DNA of 64,000 nt from Octopus sinensis (taxonomy: Eukaryota). Positions 27,676 to 40,470 of this stretch are shown here, one piece after another. Location of the stretch: assembly GCF_006345805.1 (NCBI RefSeq), contig NW_021832592.1:1-64000 (forward strand), in the 5' to 3' direction. The notes under the pieces were generated by a model, which made no database searches, was not told the origin of the DNA, and saw nothing but the letters and a program-made list of their open reading frames with translations. Every line of letters begins with the position of its first letter. Position 1 is the first letter of the stretch. A program made the translations under genes and the position numbers.

Positions 27676-27895
27676 TGACAGCGAGATGGCAGAATTGTCA
27701 GCATCCCGGGTAAAATGCTTAGCAGCATTTCGTTCAGCTTTATGTTCTGGATTCAAATTCCTCTACAGTCAACTTTACCTTTCATCCTTTCCAGGTTAAT
27801 AAAATATGTACCAGTTTAGCCCTGGGGCTTACCCCTTTCACAAAAATTGCTGGCCTTGTGCCAAAATTTGAAACCAATTATATTCTAGATTAAAT
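27676..27895 (+). mobile_element. SINE family C copy
   Basis: Head plus gtcaactttacctttcatcctttcc core plus aaaattgctggccttgtgccaaaatttgaaacc tail. Confidence 0.7.
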
Positions 27896-28443
27896 AATAA
27901 TAATGAAATTATTGTATACAGTGCTCAGGTGCACCACAACTTGTCAAAAGGCATATAGAGCATATGCAGTAATGTACAAATGTCTGGAAAGCAAACAATG
28001 CATGAGTCAGATACATACTTGCGTGTGTATGGAGGGGAGAAAATCAGGTGTAGTCTTGGCGAATCTCAAGAAGCATGGAAGTTTTGAAGAATGCAGTGCT
28101 CTGACAATTAACAACTGATGCCGGCAGTTTGTTCCATACTTCAGAAACTCTTAGCATGAAAAAATGTTTAAATATGAGTTACAAAGCGTTTTTGAAATAG
28201 GATTTAAGTACATTTTTGCCTTGTTGTTCATTGATTATATTCTTAAAGCTGAATGATCTCTTGTTGATAGATAAAATCTTAATATTATATGTTCTGAAGT
28301 TCATGTTCCTTCTGCTTATTACATTAGTCATTCATACATGGAATATCGATGGCATACATTGCATAATAAGTCAAATTTCATTAGGTAGCTCCTTTAAAAT
28401 CGGAATCAGTTTCTCAGTGTTATTCTTTAGCAGATATTGTCTC

Positions 28444-28667
28444 AACCCTTTTGTTACCAACCCGGCTGAAACCGGCTCTGGCTCTGAGTACAAATGTCTT
28501 GTTTTCATAAGTTTTGAATTAAAATCTTCCACCAAACCTTAGTCACAATTTATGTTCCTAACACTAGCTGAACGATAACTAAGTTATTTACTAAAGTCTT
28601 TGTCATATTTAAAGTAATTGAAAGAAACACAGAGCATCTCAAAATAAATACAGTAATGAAAGGGTTA
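28444..28667 (+). mobile_element. piggyBac-type MITE
   Basis: Ends (tc)aaCCCTTTTGTTAC..GTAATGAAAGGGttaa, i.e. a CCC-starting TIR with TTAA; second copy at 45111. Confidence 0.75.
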
Positions 28668-28989
28668 AAGTATTGATAATTAGAAATAATCGCATCAGTA
28701 ATAAATGGTACATAACACAAGATTTTGTAAACATAGCATCACAATCTTTTATTTATTTTATATTAAATATTTTATATTTTCTGTAAACATCTAAATTAGA
28801 GCAGAATCTAGTTGAAAGATTTCAGATAGTCACACCTCAAATAAAGATTTCAAACCTCCCTAACTAGACAATTTATATATACATAAGTATCAAAAATTGA
28901 CAACATGAATGTATAACAGCATAACATTTCTTTTAATGTTTTTCCTCCTGACTTATGCAAAACTGAGCAATACACACACATATATATAC

Positions 28990-29022
<33 letters not shown>

Positions 29023-29100
29023 ATATATATATATATATATAATATATATATATATATTATATATATATATTATATATATATATGTATGTATGTATATATA

Positions 29101-29141
<41 letters not shown>

Positions 29142-29147
29142 CATGTA

Positions 29148-29260
29148 TCATCATCATCATCATCATCATTGTTTATTGTCCGCTTTCCATGCTAGCATGG
29201 GTTGGACGATTTGACTGAGGTCTGGCGAACCAGATGGCTGCACCAGACTTCAATCTGATC
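29148..29260 (-). mobile_element. Dispersed repeat family B 3' end
   Basis: (CAT)n-tgtccgctttccatgctagcatgggttggacgatttgactgagg is the reverse complement of the family B tail. Confidence 0.8.
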
Positions 29261-29296
<36 letters not shown>

Positions 29297-29382
29297 ATAT
29301 ATATATATATATATAAACAAACATATATACTGTAATTGTTCCACACGTTGTTGTTGTCTTTCCTGTTTTCCCGTTTGGATTA

Positions 29383-29424
<42 letters not shown>

Positions 29425-29700
29425 TATATAAACACATAGGCACATATATGTATGTATATGTATCATGTATGTGTGTATGTATGTATGTGTTTTATATATT
29501 TTGTTGTATTTTCAGAGAGTCATTATGCCAATAATAATAATATTTATTTGTATATTACATGTTTTTTGTATATTACATGTAATATGCAAATAAATATCTG
29601 TAAATATAAAACCATCCGAATTTCTGAGTACCTCATTTCTTCTAATATAAAATACCTGTACATCATCTCCAAACCTTCCAATATATATATATATATATAT

Positions 29701-29860
29701 ACCGGAGTAAACACATAAATGTGAAACAAGGTGGAAAAAAGAGTACTCAAATACCAGGGGTAGAATAATATGCTTTATTTAAAAGCAGCAGAAATTCAAC
29801 AAAACCTGTTACTCGGAGTAACAGGTTTTGTTGAATTTCTGATGCTTTTAAATAAAGTAT
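29701..29860. mobile_element. Fold-back Penelope-type end in (TA)n with 42 bp palindrome
   Basis: 29773-29814 and 29816-29857 are reverse complements with 1 mismatch; left arm extends a further ~70 bp. Confidence 0.6.
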
Positions 29861-30398
29861 ATATATATACACACACATTATGCATACATACACAGCATGT
29901 ATATATATACATATATATATATGTATATATAGACACACACAAACATGCACACACACACATATTTCTACATATAAAGAGAGTAGTTGACTGATACAGAAAA
30001 TTTGGCTTCATATATATTAGTCCTTAAATTGACTATCATTACATTTGTTTTTTGCTTTTCACCACCAGAGATCAATGAAATATATTGTCATTGATACATT
30101 GGGAGTGAATTTACTCGTCTACACTTTTACCATAGCTAAACAATTGGCCTCCAGCTTAATTAAGAAATCATCGTTTCTTTTCTTTGATCCTTTTTGTTTT
30201 AATTTCATAATTTTCACCTAATGAAACATTGAGGGAAAAATATCTATTTGTGTTTACTTACAAATCTCTCTCTGTCCACCTATTTTCTTCTTTCTCTGTG
30301 CCTTTCTCTCACTTTCTCTTTCTTCTTGCTCTCTGTATATATATACACACGCACACACACACACACATATATATATAATATATATATATATATATAGT

Positions 30399-30790
30399 GG
30401 GGGGAAACTAAGAAAAATAGACGAAAATGCACATAGTAAATCAAAAAAAGTATAGGCTTTTTATGCAAAGTAACGAAAGGTGTATACACTTAGATGAACT
30501 GAGCTAGGAATAAAAATAATAAAAGTCATTATTGTGAAATTATTAAAGAGATTCAAACTCATTGCTTTGAATTCAAAGCAATGAATAGTTGTATTCAAAC
30601 TAATGATTAGTAACTTACGAAACCAGTATGCTTGAATCTCTTTAATAATTTCACAATAATGACTTTTATTACTTTTATTCCTACCTCAGTTCATCTAATT
30701 GTATATATCTTTTGTTACTTTGCATAAAAAGTCTTTACTTTTTTTGATTTACAATGTGCATTTTCGTCTTTTTTTTTACTTTCCCCTTAC
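30399..30790. mobile_element. Fold-back element with ~155 bp diverged arms and a degenerate hammerhead in the loop
   Basis: Arms 30399-30556 and 30632-30786; loop has CUAAUGA..GAAACCAGUA and a cattgctttg/caaagcaatg hairpin. Confidence 0.6.
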
Positions 30791-30838
30791 ATTACCACGT
30801 GTAGTTTTTATTTTCTTTTTGTGACATATTTCTATTAT

Positions 30839-30918
<80 letters not shown>

Positions 30919-30997
30919 GCATTCCCACTATATGTTAACATCCAGTAACTGTTAACTACGGATGAACTTTACATAGCATACTTAAAGGTTTTCACCA

Positions 30998-31062
<65 letters not shown>

Positions 31063-32772
31063 CATAAATATACATATCTCAGCTTGTTACTTCTTTTTCT
31101 TCTCCATCCCATTTCACCATCTTTAATTCCCACACTATGTACAACATGTTATTTATTGTTATTGTTGTATGTTACCACATGTTATTTTTCTCTTTTTAAA
31201 CATTTCATCACAACATTTGGATAGAATGAGAAAAAAATGATTTTGTCCTTTTTCAATGCATTGGTCATAAAAAAACCTTAGATCAATTCTTATGAGAAAT
31301 TATTGCTGCACTATGCAACATGAGAACAAACAAATGCTCCATGGAGTGGGACTCTAGTCTACCAAATGTTAATTGCATAGAGAAACTCTCCCAAATATTT
31401 ATTGCATAGAGTAATTTATAAGCTGCTTTCATAACCAGATATATTCTAAAAATAAAATATTTTAATTCATTAACTCAGAATCTATGGCAGATGTTTGTAA
31501 AGTAGAAGCATTGGTCAGTATTTTCCCTATTTAAACACTGTTTTGCATTAGCTGATATGAATACTCAGATAAAGAATGAACATCACCAGGACTTGTTCGA
31601 TATTTTAGCAGGCAAAAACTCTGTAATTTTTTGGTCCATATTTTTGTGATATTTCCTTCTCCTCCTAACCAGTAAATACATCCACCTTTGTTCATGATTT
31701 TATAATACAACCTAGTGCGACAAAATGACAGTTGATTCATGACATACAAATAAAAATAACTTTTTTTTTCCCAAGATATATAGACAGATAATGTTGACGT
31801 ATCTGATAAGGAATGAACCATGTATAGAAATGACATCAGAAGTGCTTATCTGGTTTTGGCAGATATGAGTATATTTCAAATATTTAGTTATGGGTTCATT
31901 ATTTGCTAAATGTCTTTTCCTTGCTGTTTTCTTTTATTTAAGACAAAATCTAAATTAACACTTTATTCTTGAAGGTATGTGAAAAATATGTAAAGGTTTT
32001 CTTTTTGCACTGAAGTTATTATACTCATTCTATTTTTCACTTTCTTTTTAAATAAAATGCTATATGAAAGATGAAAATTTAGCAGTAATTTTTTAGTCCA
32101 AGAGTAAATGCAACAAGAGTAGTGAATTGCATTCCTCTATATTTTGAATTTGAATTTAACCCAGGTCATTTCCATTTGTCATGCTTCCAGGGACAAAAGT
32201 AGATGAACCAATCATATACTGGAGGATATGGAATCAACTATAACTACCCCCATGCATATATTTTTTTGAGCCTAAATACAGAAATGAATATTAGTGATAT
32301 CACACTGAGGATTCTGAGTTGGCTGCAATGGTATTTTAAGTTTCATCCCTTTAAGTTCATATTTTGAATACCATTGCAATTGATTTTGCCTTTTATTCAT
32401 TGAGGGATCAATACACTACATTACCTGTGTATGCTGGGTGTCAACTATGCTTCTCCCATGACAAAGCAATTGAGCATCTGCTTAATGAAGACATCATTAT
32501 TAATATATATCCATTATTGTATGTGAAAACAAGAGGTTTGACATAGAAAAATCATGCACACACACACCTATGTATGATATATATATATATATATACAAAT
32601 ATTATATATTATAAATATATGCGTGTGTGTGTGTATGTATATATGTATGTACGTACATATATGTGTGTGTGTGTATATGTGTGCATATAGTGTAGAATCC
32701 CCAGTAACCTATATGTCATTAGAGCAAGGTGAGAGATAATAGGTATGAAACTATAGCATCATGTTTCTGTAG

Positions 32773-32884
32773 AAGGTGAGGAAGAGTGTCTGTGACATTA
32801 TCTGGCAAGAACAATATGACGGAATTTTTGTGAAAACATCGATAGCCCTCTTTGTAAATTTGGCAGCTCCTTGTATTGTGATAT
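32773..32884 (+). CDS. Candidate exon of an unidentified host gene (KVRKSVCDIIWQEQYDGIFVKTSIALFVNLAAPCIVI)
   Basis: tttctgtag acceptor, open frame, gtatgt donor, non-repetitive. Antisense frames are also open, so strand is uncertain. Confidence 0.3.
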
Positions 32885-33584
32885 GTATGTGATAAATACA
32901 AAATTTATAGAAGAAAAATAAAAACAAACTACTAAATAAACCAATTTTCCAAATTTGTATTGATGTGATTTTTTTCAAAATCATACCAATAGTTTCCTAT
33001 TCAATGACCCAATTTCAGTGACTCTTTTTTTCCTCCTATCCCGGCAGCTATTACAATTGTCTTTTTATCTACCTTGATATAAGGGTAAAGCTATGTAACA
33101 TGTCAAATATTATTTACTGTAAAAGAGATAAACTGTTTTTCGTAGAAAGAAACGAACTTTTGTTGAAATAAATGCATCAAAAGACGCAATTATGTTGTTA
33201 GTTGTCTTTATTTATAATTTGGTTTTTCTCTTACTCTTTTGCTCTGACGAATTTCTAATTGGAAATTTTTTACATGTCTTTCTAACATGTAGACTTTTAT
33301 AATTCCTATCAGTAAATGAAACATGTGTAATGGATAATTAATAATATCAAAAAATTTTCAATTTCCTGTTTTGTAATTCAATTTTAAGACAGTAGATTGG
33401 AATAATTGGTGGAATGTTGCACAGAATATCTTACTATGTTTTGGTTATGAACATACATTTTCAGTTCAAATCCTGCAGATATTGGCTTTGCTTAGATGAT
33501 AAAATGAAATGCCAGTAAAAATGCTTGGTCAAGATAATCAATTCATATTCTTCCCAAAAACTGTTTGATCTTGTACAATTATAG

Positions 33585-33633
33585 AAATCAATATCAAGGG
33601 TGATATTGTGACCAGCTTCTTTGAGAGCAACAG
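33585..33633 (+). CDS. Candidate 49 nt exon (INIKGDIVTSFFESN)
   Basis: tatag acceptor and strong CAG/gtaagc donor. Confidence 0.25.
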
Positions 33634-34166
33634 GTAAGCTTTTAATAATTCCATATTTTAATCAAGTTTTGTCCTCAAAATCTTCCAAATATATAAATCA
33701 TCTCAGTAAACTCATAAATTACACATTTCTTCATCCACTTAAAAAAAGAGATCCCTTGTACATAGTATAAAAGAAAAAAGTATAGGAGTTTAATTTTTTT
33801 CCGTTTGATGGTGAGCTTGCAGCATCTTGCTATATTAACATTGTGGGGCATGAGGTTATTGTGTCTATCAAATGAAACTTCATAATTTATGTTAGACCCT
33901 ACTGTATGTGTATTTACCATACAGAATCTTCCTCTGATGTACCTTCTCTCAGCTACATTGTTGGTATTCATAATCTGCATCACTACATTTTTCTGTATTT
34001 CTGTACATAATGATTACTTCTGAATTTGCTAATGATACCTAACATGATTCTAATATATCTACTGTTGGATCTTTACCTTTCATCTAAGTTACGTTTGTAT
34101 GAATAAACGAGTGTATCTGAAGCATATTTACGTTCGTGCTTCATTTCTCATTTTTTTTCCGTAATT

Positions 34167-34206
34167 CTAACCCTAAAACCCCAAACCTAACCCTAACCCT
34201 AAAACC
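34167..34206. repeat. Short degenerate (CTAACC)n telomere-like tract
   Basis: ctaaccctaaaaccccaaacctaaccctaaccctaaaacc. Confidence 0.6.
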
Positions 34207-34712
34207 TTAAAGCTAAAACCAGTACAAACGCACGAACGATGTCATAAATAACAGTGAGAAACGAAATATACACCGCCGATAGTTGTTTTTGACAAACAAC
34301 GGCAGTAATTTTAGTCAGCTGAATACATTTCATTGATTGGTTGAAGTTACTGAAATACGACAACTTTAACAAGAAATATCTTCCAAAATACAGAATTTTC
34401 TCGACAACGCCCAGAGTAAAAGATGTTTTAAGTTTCACATTCTACAATTATACGAAGTTTGAAAGTATTTAGTTACAAAAAATTATTTTAAAAATCTTTT
34501 CTAAAGGTAAAATCCCGACTGTTTTCACCAGTCAGTCAAAGATCCATTCCCAACTGCATCGTTTTAATTCAGAAACAAAAAAATAGATGATTTCATTGGA
34601 GTGATTTTCCTTACTTATATTTACATTTTAAAACAAACAGCACTAGTGTGAATTCTTATCAACAGATTGCATGATAATCTCTCTCAATTGTAATTTTCAA
34701 ATTCATTATATT

Positions 34713-34862
34713 ACACCGGTGTGACAGTGTGGTAGGAAGCTCTCTTCTCAACAACATGTTTCAGGTTCAGTCCCACTGCACGGTACCTTTCATAGCCTCG
34801 AGATGACTAAATCCTTGTAAGTGGATTTAGTAGACGGAATTGAAAGAAGTCCGTCGTATGTA
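34713..34862 (+). mobile_element. SINE family A, 5' half
   Basis: gtgtggtaggaagc..ggttcagtcccactgc..gtggatttagtagacggaattgaaagaagtccgtcg, then stops at the internal microsatellite. Confidence 0.85.
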
Positions 34863-34933
<71 letters not shown>

Positions 34934-34946
34934 TATCTATCCATCT
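34863..34946. repeat. (TATC)n, 5' flank of Tx1 copy 1
   Basis: Direct reading. Confidence 0.95.
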
Positions 34947-35238
34947 ACGGACATGCTGTCACTTCGGCTCCGAAGGTAATCGCTTATTTTGACTATTTAT
35001 AGCCCATATTTTGTGTACATTTTTGTAAATAAGGTGTGTAAGACACCCAACTTTCGTTTGAGTGCTTTTCCAAGGGAGGAATTCGCCCCTAGGGGCAGTT
35101 TCAACCCTATTTAATTTGTGTAATTTTCTTCTCAACATTTTGTAATGTCGAGAAATTTTATTGTAGAACGCTGGTCGCGTTCTTTTATGGACCAGCATTT
35201 TCCTAGTCTGGAAACGCTAGGAGAAAAAAAAAGAACGT

Positions 35239-36994
35239 ATGCACGCAAAGTGCAAACCTGAATGACGTGGTAGTGAACGCTGCAACCACTTGCGGTAACA
35301 GCCCTGTCACCACCACCACCACCACCACTAACAACAACAACGAGACTACTACTGCTACCACCACCACCTCCACCACCACCACCACCACTACCACCACGAC
35401 CAACATAAACGATAAAAATGAAACTCACGCGAATACTATTAAGAAAAACAACAACAACAAGAACAACAATAAAAATGAACTATCTAATAGTGAAGATGTT
35501 AATATTAAAACAACAACACCAGTAAATTTCGCTGATACTCTGCGTCAGAAGAAGGAAATAGTAACATTTACAAATGAAGAGCTAATAGAAACGAGAGCTC
35601 TCTTTACAACCCGTGGGCAAGATTTAGTGCTGCATACACCTCAACACATAAAGGAACAAATAGAAAATAAGACAATTATATATAAAATTATAAGAAAAAA
35701 AAAAAAAACAAAATGAACAGATTACAAAAACGGATATAGAAAAATGTTTAAAAAGCATAATGAAATAAAAAGAATATATAAACTGGGGTCCCCAGTTTAA
35801 CACAGTAGTGGTCCGCTTCACTAAAAAGGAAATGGCAAAAGCTCACTCTACCGAGTCTTTGGAAAATGATGATATCAAAACGGTACCTTATTTCAAAGGC
35901 CAGAGAGTGAGTAGAATTACTATTAAAAATGTACTCCCCGAGATCCCGAACAAATGGATAACAGGGGCAATCTGTTACCATTTGAAAAAGATCAATATTT
36001 TAGAAACAGCCGTGTACCTAAACGACAATTGGGGTGGAAAAACAGTAGTAGTGACCATCCAGATTGAGGGTGCCTCTATCGAGAGCCTACCCGATAGGAT
36101 CCACCTAGAAAATGGGCAAAGCCTATATGTTGTGGCAGAAGGCAAGAAGCCTAGATGCTACAACTGTGGCAGCCCAGAGAATTAATTGCCAAGTGCGCTC
36201 TAGCACAGAAAAACAAGAAAGAACAAATCAGAAAACAACACCAACACACTCAATTATGGAACAATGCCAAGAAGAAAAACAACAAACCAGCAAACAAACC
36301 CCAACAACATCATCAAGAAAAGAAACAGTACCAACAAAATCACCGTTGACGACGCAACCAATTTATCATGCTGAACCAAAAGATAGACCCACACCAATAC
36401 CCAGGACGACAATTAAAAAGACAGAAAACAGTGACGAGAAGACAAATTCTACCCCTAACACCATAACAACACAAACACCGCACAAAACATCAACAATTTC
36501 TACAAGCATACATATTAACACAAATGCTTTGCTTTTACCCTCTTCTGATACGTCGGACGACGAAAGTTCGACGGAATGGCAAATAGCCACAGGGGGTAAA
36601 AGGAAAAGATAAAAAAAAGTCCACCAAACAAGGAAGTAAAGCAGGGAGATATTTAACTCCGGACAGCATCCCCCTAGACAATCAAAAAATCAATGAACCC
36701 GCAAAACCACACACACAACTAACTGCAATAGACACAGACAATAAAAAATTAATGGATTATATTGTATCCAACACGGACATCTGTGAAGATGACTTTAAGA
36801 CAAACAATCATCCGCGCACCACACCACCGAAGCACATAAAAATTGTACACATAACACAAACACAACACCATACACTGAAAACAATATTTCCAAATGCGGT
36901 AGGCGGGTTTCAACGTTACCTCTCCAAAAAACTATACAAACACCACATCAAAGACACTACAAAAGAAGAAGAAAAAATGAAACTTTCGAAATGA
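35239..36994 (+). pseudogene. Tx1-like ORF1 (frameshifted)
   Basis: ORF pieces 35267-35716, 35808-36185, 36112-36612, 36752-36994; CYNCGSPE(N)..IAKC is a CX2CX4HX4C knuckle broken by a 1 nt deletion. Confidence 0.8.
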
Positions 36995-37069
36995 GTAAGT
37001 GACCTTCCCTCTTGCCTCTTGTCTCTTCCAATGTTTGTGTGTGAAACACAATTTTCGTAAACGTCAATT

Positions 37070-40049
37070 ATGCTTAAATTAGGTTGTGTGAATGCGCGTG
37101 GCTTGGCGTCGACTTGGAAGCAAGGTTACCTTCTAAACGACATCAAGTCACTGAACGTGGATATAGTAGCTATCAGTGAAACCAGACTCAGCAAGCCGCA
37201 GGCCCTCGCGTCCATGTTTGGCGATCAATTTGACATTTATTTTTCTCCTGTCTGCCGAACATGGGTGGTGGAGGTACCGCGGTGCTTTTTCGAAAGAGTC
37301 TAAATGTAAAAGTAAGAACAATTTCCTAGACCCGGAGGGTAGGCTGGTTGTTTTGGACGTGGATGGCAGAAATGAGTGTGCATTCCGTCTGATGGCAGTT
37401 TATGCACCGTCCTTAACGGGTCGGGCGGATTTCTTCAGACGTCTAGAGGTTTTCCTGGGTACGTCTAGACCTTTACTGTTAGTAGGGCGTTGGAACGCTA
37501 CCTTGGACACGCATCTAGATTATGTGGGAATGGATAGGAATAGAAGGGGGTGTAAGTGCCTCAAAGACCTACTCAGACGTTTCCATTTGTCTGACAGGTT
37601 CCGACTCGACCATCCGAACGTGCCAACGTGGACTTGGACAAACCGCGTCGGATCGTCGAGATCTTATCTAGATAGAATTCTATGCAGGACAGCGGATAGG
37701 GATAGTGTAGGATGTCCACAATTTAAAATAGTCAGCTACACAGATCACAAATTTGTGACGTGTACGCTCGACTTAGATAAGACACATAGACAGGGTCCCG
37801 GTTACTGGAAACTGAACACGTCGCTCTTAGCGCGACAGGTTTACAGGAACCGGATTAGCGAGTTAATTAAGAGGGCGCTGACGGGAGCCGTCGTTAACAA
37901 CCGCTGGTGGTTCACCCTGAAAATGGCAATAAAATCGGAATCAATTAGGTTTAGCAAGGAATTAGCGATAGATCGAAACAGAGTAGAGGGAGACCTAGTT
38001 AAGAAACTAGAAGAGGCACTTACCACTGGCAGCGCAACCAACGTGATGGCTGCGAGGATGGCCCTCGACCAACACCTCAACGCCAAGCACGAAGGTTGCG
38101 TCGTCAGAGCTAAAATGCGTGCCTTAAGGAATGAAGGGATCGAAGCTGCGCGAGAGGCCCGGGTAGCGGAGGCGCAGCGTGGAACAGAGCCACCATTCGG
38201 TCTCTAATAGATCAACAGGGATGCAGTTTACTCGAACCCGAAAGGATGTGTGAGGCCTTTCAACAGCACTTTGCTCGATTGTTTGGTGCGAGTGGTGGGT
38301 CGGAACGCGGGATGGATTTCAGTGCCTACCTGACCGACCTGCCGCGGCTCTCGGCAAGAGAAGCAGAGTGTTGTGAAAGTCCCATCACAGCCGCTGACGT
38401 GCGGGATGCGATGGCGGGCTGCGCGAGGGATAAGTCGCCTGGATTGGATGGTTTACCCTACGAGCAGACTTTTTTGACGACCTCTTGGCATCTGTCTACT
38501 GCAACTGGTAACAAAACGGGAGAATTCCCGGTTTCGTGAGCCGAGGTGCAGTGACGTTGCTGAAGAAAGACCCAAACAAGGGGAATTTTATAGATAATTT
38601 CAGGCCCATCACTCTGCTCAACGCAGATTTGAAAATTTTGGCCAAAGTAATAGCCGAGAGGTTGGCGCTTGTCATTGGTAAACTGGTCGACAGGGCTCAA
38701 ACATGCGCCGTGCCGGGCAGAACCATACATGACAACCTCCATCTGATGCGCTAAATTGTGGACAGGGTAGTTAAGGATCCTGGCATGGGTGGGGCGCTGA
38801 TAAATTTGGATCAGTCTAAAGCATTCGATAGGGTCGACCATCGGTACTTGGCGGCCGTCCTCAGGGCGGCTGGCTTCGGTCCCGTCTTCCGCGGTTGGAT
38901 CGCTGCCTTGTATAGCAGCATCCGATCGGTGATTCGGGTAAACGGTCACCTGTCGAAACCGTTTGACATCACGCGTTCGGTCCGTCAGGGGTGTCCCCTG
39001 TCGGCGCTTCTGTATGTATTGACTCTCGAGCCGCTACTGCGGAAGCTGGCGACACTGAGGGGCATCCCACGGGAACTGGGTTGCGGGACGAGCGTGTCGG
39101 CATATGCGGATGATGTCACCGTCATAGTGTCGAGCGACAAACACATCCAGATGATAGGCGAGACACAAAGAAAATATGAAACGGTGACGGGAGCGAAGAT
39201 TAACCCGGAAAAGTCAGTGGGTTTGCTACTCGGCACCTGGAGAAGCAAGCCCATGCCGTCCGACTGCGGCTCAGTAGTGGGACGCTGGACGGACGGATCG
39301 GTTAAATTGCTCGGGGTCTGGTTCAGTCCGGACCTCCAAATGGATAAGAACTGGGACGAGATCACGAGTAGAGTGGTCGCTCTCAGCCAAACATGAGCCG
39401 AGAGAAAGCTGTCTCTAAAAGGCCGGGCGGAGGTGGCGAACGCGTACATCGCATCCGTCATCGATTACCGCCTGACCGTCGTGCCTTGTCCCGACGCCAC
39501 CATCACCAAACTGGAACGCATACTCTTCCGCTTGCTGTGGAAGGGTGGCGTTCCGATGGTGAGGAAGTCCATTTGCTGTCAACATTCGTTGAATGGAGGA
39601 CTGGGAATGCCGTGGTTGATGATGCGCAGGCATACGCTGAGACTGCGGCATCTCTGGAACTTCATCGACGACGGTGAACAGGTGTGGGCGCCGTTTGTGA
39701 GGCGCGCCTTCCGCAGCTCGTCTCACTGACCGAACTGCAAACGTGGATCAAAAAGAGACCGAAACTGGGCGATTGGCACCGAGAGTGTCGCCAAGCTCTA
39801 CAGCAGCTCTGCCGACCGGGGTCAAACTTGTGCAACTTACAAACGACTAAAGCGTTCTATAGAGGACTAGTGGAGGGGAGGTCCGACGACACACTCGGGG
39901 CAAACCTGGGCGTCGACGAGAAATTCCTAACCCGCCTGTTCAGGACGACGCACTACCTGTTCGTCAACTTTTTCAAGTACCACTTGAAAAGGAGGATGAG
40001 AATAGAGAGGAGGCTTTGTCGAACGAATGTTTTAATAAAAAGTGGGTAA
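37070..40049 (+). pseudogene. Tx1-like ORF2: AP endonuclease plus reverse transcriptase (frameshifted)
   Basis: GCVNARGL, ISETR, AVYAP, SYLDRIL, TDH, GPGYWKLNTSLL, KSPGLDGLP, NFRPITLLNAD, LDQSKAFDRV, VRQGCPLS, YADD, KLLGV, GGLGMP. Confidence 0.95.
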
Positions 40050-40194
40050 AAGTGGCAAAAATTAAGCATAAATCTGTAACAAAAGAGACAACGAGAAGTG
40101 AGGCGACTTACTCATGTGTTCTTTTTCGAATTGTCTGAGGTGACCTAGGTCTTTTTTGTAGGTTTTTCTTTCCAAGGCTACACCTAAACTGTGA

Positions 40195-40233
<39 letters not shown>

Positions 40234-40385
40234 CTTTTTTATACACCACACAACCCACAGATCCCTATTGATCAAACGTGTTTTTTTTTTGTGCCCCACC
40301 CATCCCACCTCGAAAAGAAAAAATTCTACATTGTATTTCGTCCATTTTTATTCTGTGTTTAGCCCTGTGTGGCTACAATAAAAAG

Positions 40386-40386
<1 letters not shown>

Positions 40387-40445
<59 letters not shown>

Positions 40446-40470
40446 ATATCTATCTATCTATCTATCTATT
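40387..40470. repeat. (TATC)n between the two Tx1 copies
   Basis: Direct reading. Confidence 0.95.

Larger units (their letters stand above)
34947..40386 (+). mobile_element. Tx1-like (L1 clade) non-LTR retrotransposon, near full length, decayed
   Basis: 5' UTR, ORF1 with zinc knuckle, ORF2 with APE and RT, 3' UTR ending AATAAAAAGT. Confidence 0.92.

Noticed and set aside
29261-29296. (CTAT)n run as another Tx1 target
   Set aside because: No LINE sequence is adjacent; it only shows that unoccupied runs exist.
2636-30011. Dozens of long ORFs of [12 protein letters not shown] type (e.g. 16919-17674, 18698-19498, 21820-22653)
   Set aside because: They are translations of (ACAT)n, (AC)n and (AT)n microsatellites, which lack stop codons.
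31531-31836. 101 aa minus-strand ORF
   Set aside because: No motif, and it conflicts with plus-strand exon candidates; strand cannot be resolved.
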